Of a stretch of 64,000 nucleotides of DNA, positions 58,781 to 64,000 are shown one piece after another (positions within the stretch are counted from its first letter, which is position 1; every line of letters begins with the position of its first letter). The position numbers and the translations under genes are program-made. A model generated the notes under the pieces. It was not told where the DNA came from. It searched no databases and saw nothing but the letters and a program-made list of their open reading frames with translations. The DNA is from Clostridiales bacterium. GTDB taxonomy: Bacteria > Bacillota > Clostridia > Oscillospirales > CAG-272. Location: contig JAILLB010000028.1 of NCBI GenBank assembly GCA_024693345.1, positions 1,590-65,589 of the forward strand, given 5' to 3'.

Positions 58781-60673
58781 TCAGTTTTTCTTTTGCACAA
58801 ATTGCACAAACTCGTTTCCAGGTAAAGGCTTACTGAACAAGAATCCCTGACAGTGACTGCATCCCAGCTGTTTGAGTTTGTCGAGCTGTTCCATAGTCTC
58901 AACACCTTCAACAACCACTTCTTTTTCCACTTGTTTCACCATTCCTATTATCTGTGCAATCAGGATATCTCCGTGGTTTTCCTGGTTTGCATTCCACAAG
59001 ATGCTCTTGTCGATCTTTATTTCATCAAAACCGAGCCCGATTATGTTAACAAGGTTTGAATAACCGGTTCCGAAGTCGTCCAGAGCTATGCTCGATTTCA
59101 TTTCATGAAGATCTCTTATGAGATACTTGATTGAAACTGTGTCATTGAATTCCATTGTCTCCGTGACTTCAAAACACAAAAGCGATGGGTCGATTCCATA
59201 TTTGTCTATAAGGTCCTTGAGATGTGCTGAAAAACCTTTGGATGAGCATTGAGTTGGTGAAAGGTTTATGTTTACCTTCTCAATTCCTAATGAACGAACA
59301 TCATTCTCATGAACAAATCTCATGACATTGTTCAGAACCGATTCACCCAGATCCAGCATGAGACCATCCTGTTCTGCCACCTTTACAAATTCATCAGGAG
59401 GAATGAAACCAAGGTCATCATCTATAAGTCTGACCAATGCCTCTGCTCTGTCAAACTTACCGGTGTTTACGTTATACAACGGCTGATATGTCATAAAGAA
59501 ACTGTCATTGTCCAGAGCTCTGAGTAAAGCTTTTCCGACAGCAACATTTCGTTTTACATCACCCATTGACTCAAAACCATCATATCTCTCGACGAATTGA
59601 GTCAGTTGGTCCTCTAAATGAAAATCTTCAGGAATATTTACAAGCACCACGTTGCTTTTAAGATTGAAAGTGTACTTGTCTACATTCCATGGTTCTTCAA
59701 ATCTGGATTTTAACGCCTTGTAGTCATCAACTATATTGGTCTTGGCAAAATCTCTGTGTGTCAGCACAATTTTTCCGTTTTCAAGATTGTACATTATGGA
59801 ATTCGGAGCAATTTCGTTTATTGTGTCAATCATCTCGCCAATCAATTCTTCAGAAACTGCTTTTCCGTATCTTGATGTGATTCCTGTTATTTCAGGATTC
59901 TTTATCACTATCATGCTCGATACGGGATTTTTCTTTTTGAACAAGTACTTCACATCATTTCTGAAGCCCAGATAATTGTATACTTTTCTCCTTTGGTCAT
60001 ATAAATTTTCACTGCCCTCAACCAATATGGTTATCATCAGGAACAGCACTGACTGGATGAATAACTCCAAAAGATACTTTGGCAAGAAGAAGTGAACACA
60101 CATCGACAACACGGCGATGATTGCAATCACAGGCATCAGTATTCTTCTGTTGTATGCCACGGCAGTCTTCTTATTGAACATCAATGCACTGGCCGCTATG
60201 TAGAATATACCAAGCACTGACACTATGTAATAACCTATTCCCGTTGAATAAGCATTTGTCCCTTCGCTGACGGAAAAGACAAAACTAGTCGGGAGCTGGA
60301 CAATCATCAATGCAATTATAATCAAATACGGGAGCATGACCAATTTTTGTCGTTTCTTTAATGTTGCAGCATCTCCTCCGATGAAGTAGTAACTGAACAT
60401 GAAAAGAATCACAGGCTGTGTCGCGTGCAAAAAGTAGTACAGGTACGTAAAAGCGTATGCCCAGTCATGCGAGAATACTGACGGATAGTCAATAGAATAC
60501 GCACTCAAAATGTCAAATATGACAGAAAACATGCTATTGACAAGAACCGCAATCATCCACCTGTTTTCAGGTTTTTTGTAGTCACGGCGCAACAATATGA
60601 CCGCAAAAGTTACGGCACATATTACAAATGCTGCTATATCAAAGTGGATTACATATCCGAAAGTAGGTTCCAC
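58781..60673 (-). CDS. membrane c-di-GMP phosphodiesterase: multi-TM sensor + degenerate GGDEF + EAL domain
   Basis: About 7 N-terminal TM helices. The GGDEF-like domain has the signature replaced (NLENGKIV). EAL motifs are intact: RAEALVRL, EVTE, DDFGTGYS, KIDKS and EGVE. Confidence 0.85.
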   Translation of the reverse strand: MEPTFGYVIHFDIAAFVICAVTFAVILLRRDYKKPENRWMIAVLVNSMFSVIFDILSAYSIDYPSVFSHDWAYAFTYLYYFLHATQPVILFMFSYYFIGGDAATLKKRQKLVMLPYLIIIALMIVQLPTSFVFSVSEGTNAYSTGIGYYIVSVLGIFYIAASALMFNKKTAVAYNRRILMPVIAIIAVLSMCVHFFLPKYLLELFIQSVLFLMITILVEGSENLYDQRRKVYNYLGFRNDVKYLFKKKNPVSSMIVIKNPEITGITSRYGKAVSEELIGEMIDTINEIAPNSIMYNLENGKIVLTHRDFAKTNIVDDYKALKSRFEEPWNVDKYTFNLKSNVVLVNIPEDFHLEDQLTQFVERYDGFESMGDVKRNVAVGKALLRALDNDSFFMTYQPLYNVNTGKFDRAEALVRLIDDDLGFIPPDEFVKVAEQDGLMLDLGESVLNNVMRFVHENDVRSLGIEKVNINLSPTQCSSKGFSAHLKDLIDKYGIDPSLLCFEVTETMEFNDTVSIKYLIRDLHEMKSSIALDDFGTGYSNLVNIIGLGFDEIKIDKSILWNANQENHGDILIAQIIGMVKQVEKEVVVEGVETMEQLDKLKQLGCSHCQGFLFSKPLPGNEFVQFVQKKN

Positions 60674-60703
60674 ATTAAGCCTCCTGTCTTTGAGTGGAGT
60701 AAA

Positions 60704-61423
60704 TCAAACTGATTTTGCGGCTTTTAAAGCAACCTCCACCATTTGTCTGAGCTTTGTTTCTCTTGTTTCCGAAGTTGTTGATTCTCCGGTAACTATGCTG
60801 TCTGAAACAGTAAGTATTGCAAGAGCTTTTTTCTTTGCTCTCGCTGCATTCATGTACAGAGATGCAGCTTCCATTTCAACACACATCACACCCATCTTGG
60901 CCCATTTTTCATTTGCCGTCACATCATCATTGTAGAATGTGTCAGAAGATAATACATTGCCGACGTGATAATTAATACCCATCTTTTTGCATTCACTCTC
61001 TGCGATTTTCAGTAAACCATAATCAGCCAAAGGAGCAAATGTTCCGGGGCATCCGAATTGATTTGCGTAGTTCGAATTGGTTGAAGCTCCCTGAGCCAGA
61101 ACCAGATCCATTATTTTGACATCTCTCTGCAGAGAACCTGCCGAACCAACTCTTATGATGCAATCAACTCCGAAAAAGTTGAATAGTTCATAACTATATA
61201 TTCCTATGGAAGGAATTCCCATCCCGGAAGCCATTACGGATACCGGCATTCCTTCAAAAGTTCCTGTATATCCGTGAACACCTCTTACATCGTTTACCAA
61301 TACAGGTGAGTCAAGATATGTCTTGGCTATAAACTCCGATCGTTTGGGATCACCCGGCATCAATACCACTTTGGCGAAATCGCCGGGTTTTGCTTTTATA
61401 TGCGGTGTTGGTATATTACCCAT
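60704..61423 (-). CDS. deoD: purine-nucleoside phosphorylase, DeoD type
   Basis: PTPHI, the MPGDP.R pattern, GMGIPS and VEMEAA are all present. Confidence 0.93.
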   Translation of the reverse strand: MGNIPTPHIKAKPGDFAKVVLMPGDPKRSEFIAKTYLDSPVLVNDVRGVHGYTGTFEGMPVSVMASGMGIPSIGIYSYELFNFFGVDCIIRVGSAGSLQRDVKIMDLVLAQGASTNSNYANQFGCPGTFAPLADYGLLKIAESECKKMGINYHVGNVLSSDTFYNDDVTANEKWAKMGVMCVEMEAASLYMNAARAKKKALAILTVSDSIVTGESTTSETRETKLRQMVEVALKAAKSV

Positions 61424-61433
61424 GTCAGCCTCC

Positions 61434-62054
61434 TCAGTTTATAACTTTCAATGTCATTTTTATGTATGCTTCCGGTTTAAGGAAGTAGTACACTGTATCT
61501 GCATACAATTTCTTTGCCGCCAAATCCTTGGCTATTTTTTCTATTACTTCAAATCCGCTGGTACAATGACCAAATGCAGCATATTCTCCGTCCAAATAGG
61601 TTGCATCACCGAGCATTACAAAAAACTGGTTTGATGCACTGTCTTTGCTGTTGCTTCTTGCCATAGAAAGAACACCCTTTTTGTGCGAAATGGTATTATT
61701 CACACCATTGCTCTTGAATTCACCCTTGATGGTTGAATTATCCGTGCATCCGTATCCTGCCTGCAAAACGAATCCGGACTGAAGCCTGTTGACATATGAA
61801 TTGTCATAGCTTCCGCTCGTAATGAGTTTAATAAAGTGATCAACTGTGATTGGTGCTTCATTGGCATCAAGTTCAAAATACACATCACCATATCCTTCAA
61901 ACGTAATCACCACGTGATGTATTTTGTTATCAGTTGTTCCGGTGTTATCTGTTGTTTCTGTGTTTTTTTCTGATGTCGGTGAGCACGAAACTACCGAACA
62001 TATCAAAGATGCAACCATCAACAGTGACAAAACCAATACAGCAGTTCTTTTCAT
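61434..62054 (-). CDS. cyclophilin-type peptidyl-prolyl isomerase lipoprotein
   Basis: The ATG at 62054 gives MKRTAVLVLSLLMVASLICSVVSCS (lipobox). Cyclophilin motifs are FIKLITSG.YD, VLQAG and SMARS...SASNQFF. Confidence 0.88.
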   Translation of the reverse strand: MKRTAVLVLSLLMVASLICSVVSCSPTSEKNTETTDNTGTTDNKIHHVVITFEGYGDVYFELDANEAPITVDHFIKLITSGSYDNSYVNRLQSGFVLQAGYGCTDNSTIKGEFKSNGVNNTISHKKGVLSMARSNSKDSASNQFFVMLGDATYLDGEYAAFGHCTSGFEVIEKIAKDLAAKKLYADTVYYFLKPEAYIKMTLKVIN

Positions 62055-62183
62055 AATAGTTTCCTTTTTTACGTATATCTTTGAAATATAATTATAAATC
62101 ATAAAAGCGCGCAAAACAATTGTTTATTTCGTTTTTCATTTGTGGTAAAATTATTATGTGTGTGGCCATTGGAGGATTTTGCA

Positions 62184-63074
62184 ATGCGAAATAGAATCAT
62201 TTTGTCAATCGTGATTTTCTGCCTTATTGTAGGCGTTCTTTCATCATGCCTTCCGGGCATTGCCGTATCCCTCAATGACATCAACAAAAACAATCTGCCT
62301 CGTTCGGTACTGGTGAAGAACCCTGCATATATAGAAACTCTTACATACTATGTCGCAGGCAGTGTTTCATATCGTTATGGCATCTACATAGAAAACAGCC
62401 AAGACGAGAGAAGCTTCAATGTTTTTGAACAGCATGAAAATGTGAATTTATATGCCTACGAAGGAGAGATTTATCTCAAGGAAGGTGAGAAACTGTTTGC
62501 TGTTCTTCAGGCATCCGGAACATATGCTGAATACGTTGAAAAATACATGGTTTTCAAGTCAGTATTTGATGAATGCACATATTACCAGAAGTATTCCAAA
62601 AAAACTAATGGTGTGACTGAGGTGTGTTATGAGGCTGAGCCTAGTACAGAGGTGCTTAATCAGGCCGAAAGCCTCGGAATAAAACCAGGTTGCAAACTTG
62701 GATCCGTTTATTACATCGATGATGAGTCAAAACTGGTAAGCAAAATCGAATACTACTACAGAGACTCATCAAATGAAAATGATAAAACACAATTTCTCGT
62801 CAGAGAATTTAATTACCTTGATGAGAAGAAACCTTTGTTCTCTTCTCTTCCTGATTTGAGTGATACCTTTGGAGTTTACATTGTGTATAACCCCGGAAAG
62901 GAAACAGAGTCAAAATCACATTTTTCAATTCCAAAAGGATGCGAAATAGGCATAGATACAAACGGCAAGAGTATTTCTTTTTTCGAAGATGAAGAATGCA
63001 CAATTCCTTTTAATTTCAACACTTATTCCGCAGAGGGAAAAGACGAAGTTTACATCTATGCATTGTTCAATTGA
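62184..63074 (+). CDS. lipoprotein of unknown function
   Basis: The ATG at 62184 gives MRNRIILSIVIFCLIVGVLSSC (lipobox). The remainder has no recognisable motif. Confidence 0.7.
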   Translation: MRNRIILSIVIFCLIVGVLSSCLPGIAVSLNDINKNNLPRSVLVKNPAYIETLTYYVAGSVSYRYGIYIENSQDERSFNVFEQHENVNLYAYEGEIYLKEGEKLFAVLQASGTYAEYVEKYMVFKSVFDECTYYQKYSKKTNGVTEVCYEAEPSTEVLNQAESLGIKPGCKLGSVYYIDDESKLVSKIEYYYRDSSNENDKTQFLVREFNYLDEKKPLFSSLPDLSDTFGVYIVYNPGKETESKSHFSIPKGCEIGIDTNGKSISFFEDEECTIPFNFNTYSAEGKDEVYIYALFN

Positions 63075-63092
63075 AAACACCAAAAAAAGTTG

Positions 63093-63121
63093 TTGACAAG
63101 TGAAAATTGCTATGATATAAT
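63093..63121 (+). promoter_or_regulatory. consensus SigA promoter for the tRNA-Thr/tRNA-Tyr operon
   Basis: TTGACA (63093-63098), 17-nt spacer, TATAAT (63116-63121). Confidence 0.8.
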
Positions 63122-63152
63122 CATTGACGCGTTCAAGAAAGAATGCGCTTTT

Positions 63153-63227
63153 GCTGGTGTGGCTCAATGGCAGAGCAGCTGATTTGTAATCAGCAGGTTG
63201 TTGGTTCGACTCCGATCACCAGCTCCA
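63153..63227 (+). tRNA. tRNA-Thr (anticodon TGT)
   Basis: Hand-folded. Acceptor stem is GCTGGTG/CACCAGC, the anticodon stem-loop is GCTGA-TTTGTAA-TCAGC, and the T loop is TTCGACT. CCA is encoded. Confidence 0.88.
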
Positions 63228-63265
63228 ATTGTGAGGCGGCCTTTCGGTTGCCTCACTAACAATAT

Positions 63266-63351
63266 GGGAGCGTTCCCGAGTGGCCAAAGGGGACAGACTG
63301 TAAATCTGCTGTCTATCGACTTCGGTGGTCCGAATCCACCCGCTCCCACCA
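63266..63351 (+). tRNA. tRNA-Tyr (anticodon GTA), class II with long variable arm
   Basis: Acceptor stem is GGGAGCG/CGCTCCC. The anticodon loop CTGTAAA gives GTA. There is a long variable arm, a T loop TCCGAATCC context, and an encoded CCA. Confidence 0.85.
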
Positions 63352-63353
63352 CA

Positions 63354-63399
63354 AAAACCTCTTTTGTTCATTATGACAAAAGAGGTTTTTTGTTTTTTT
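63354..63399 (+). terminator. intrinsic terminator after the tRNA operon
   Basis: 14-bp stem AAAACCTCTTTTGT / ACAAAAGAGGTTTT is followed by TTGTTTTTTT. Confidence 0.85.
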
Positions 63400-63519
63400 G
63401 CACAAATTTATTATATTTTTTTGCACATTTAATACATTGTTGATATTCCCTTTTTTTGATATAACGTGGAGCGTGGTGTTAATTTGCAACTCATCCAAAA
63501 TCCAAATTCGGAGTAAAAA

Positions 63520-64000
63520 ATGAAACTATCCCTGATTAAGAAGACAGCCCTGATAATTATATGCATAGGTATCGTTGTTGGTGTCGTTGCAATAGCGATA
63601 TACAACAAAGGAATGTATGACGTTGTCATTGAGCATTACGAGCGTTACTCGATAGATGTATCTAAACTTGTTGCAGTTGAAATTGATTCTGAACGCTTAT
63701 CCAATGTTCAAAAAGTTATTGTAGACATCTGTGAACCACTCATGAAGTCACGGGTGTTCCCGGCAAGCATAAATGTAAATACGGAATCGTGCTGCTTGAT
63801 TTGAATGACCTGAAAGGCATTAATGATAACTATGGTCATGAAAAAGGCGACATCAGTATTCAGACGGTTTGCAACATCGCATGCCAGGTATTCAATCCAA
63901 TGTCAGTTTACCGCGTAGGCGGTGATGAATTCATAGTAATTCTTGAAGATGGTGAATTTGAGAATCGAGAAGAATTGGTCACAAAGGTTAAAGAATTATT
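63520..64000 (+). pseudogene. decayed membrane-anchored diguanylate cyclase (GGDEF); continues past the window edge
   Basis: 63520-63729 encodes an N-terminal TM helix plus about 45 aa. After the 44-nt repeat the frame shifts, and a GGDEF domain lacking its first roughly 25 residues follows (YGIVLLDLNDLKGINDNYGHEKGD...YRVGGDEFIVIL). That frame has no start codon and has a TGA at 63732-63734. Confidence 0.7.
63730..63773 (-). repeat. 44-nt palindrome-containing repeat, copy 2 (inverted relative to copy 1)
   Basis: TGTGAACCACTCATGAAGTCACGGGTGTTCCCGGCAAGCATAAA is the reverse complement of 14062-14111 minus AAGAGT. Confidence 0.9.

Noticed and set aside
14062-63773. The two inverted repeat copies might delimit a 49.7-kb composite transposon, or an invertible segment that shuffles gene halves.
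   Set aside because: The interval is filled with core genes (tsf, rpsB, gap, recN, tyrS, ruvABC, nadABC, ecf, cysK) and contains no transposase or recombinase. Inversion between the copies would fuse each gene fragment to antisense sequence, not reconstitute or swap coding frames. It remains a read-level check, not a claim.

Overview
This is a 64-kb chromosomal segment from a low-GC (roughly 40%) Gram-positive anaerobe. Gene content and order look like Clostridia, probably Oscillospiraceae/Ruminococcaceae-like. I call about 58 intact protein-coding genes, 3 decayed genes, 3 tRNAs (Thr-GGT; Thr-TGT plus Tyr-GTA), one tyrosine-specific T-box leader, and several consensus promoters and intrinsic terminators. 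Most of the window is core housekeeping: polA, tsf-rpsB, gap, tlyA-nadK-argR-recN, tyrS, a clpC-like ATPase, cvpA, truA-ecfT-ecfA2-ecfA1, ruvCAB, nadCBA, dusB, nrdR, cysK and deoD. I found no CRISPR array, integrase, transposase, reverse transcriptase, prophage, or recognisable known defence system. Seven things stand out. (1) A 7TM membrane sensor and a soluble HisKA_3 kinase are paralogous modules separated by one in-frame TGA; the membrane protein has a His-less DHp helix and no ATPase domain. (2) Just downstream lies a four-gene operon of uncharacterised envelope or secreted proteins. (3) A P-type ATPase is heavily decayed. (4) A 44-50 nt palindrome-containing repeat occurs twice in inverted orientation 49.6 kb apart. 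Each copy sits exactly at the breakpoint of a decayed gene: an S41-like lipoprotein and a GGDEF cyclase. (5) A tightly coupled three-gene operon encodes an esterase-acyltransferase fusion flanked by two polytopic membrane proteins. (6) A two-ring Clp ATPase has a ClpX-like zinc ribbon in place of the Clp_N domain. (7) Three small oddities are an orphan pilin-like protein lacking Glu5, a degenerate PDT/ACT protein coupled to ruvC, and a PD-(D/E)XK-fold gene coupled to dusB. All functional calls come from motif recognition by eye. No database search was run.
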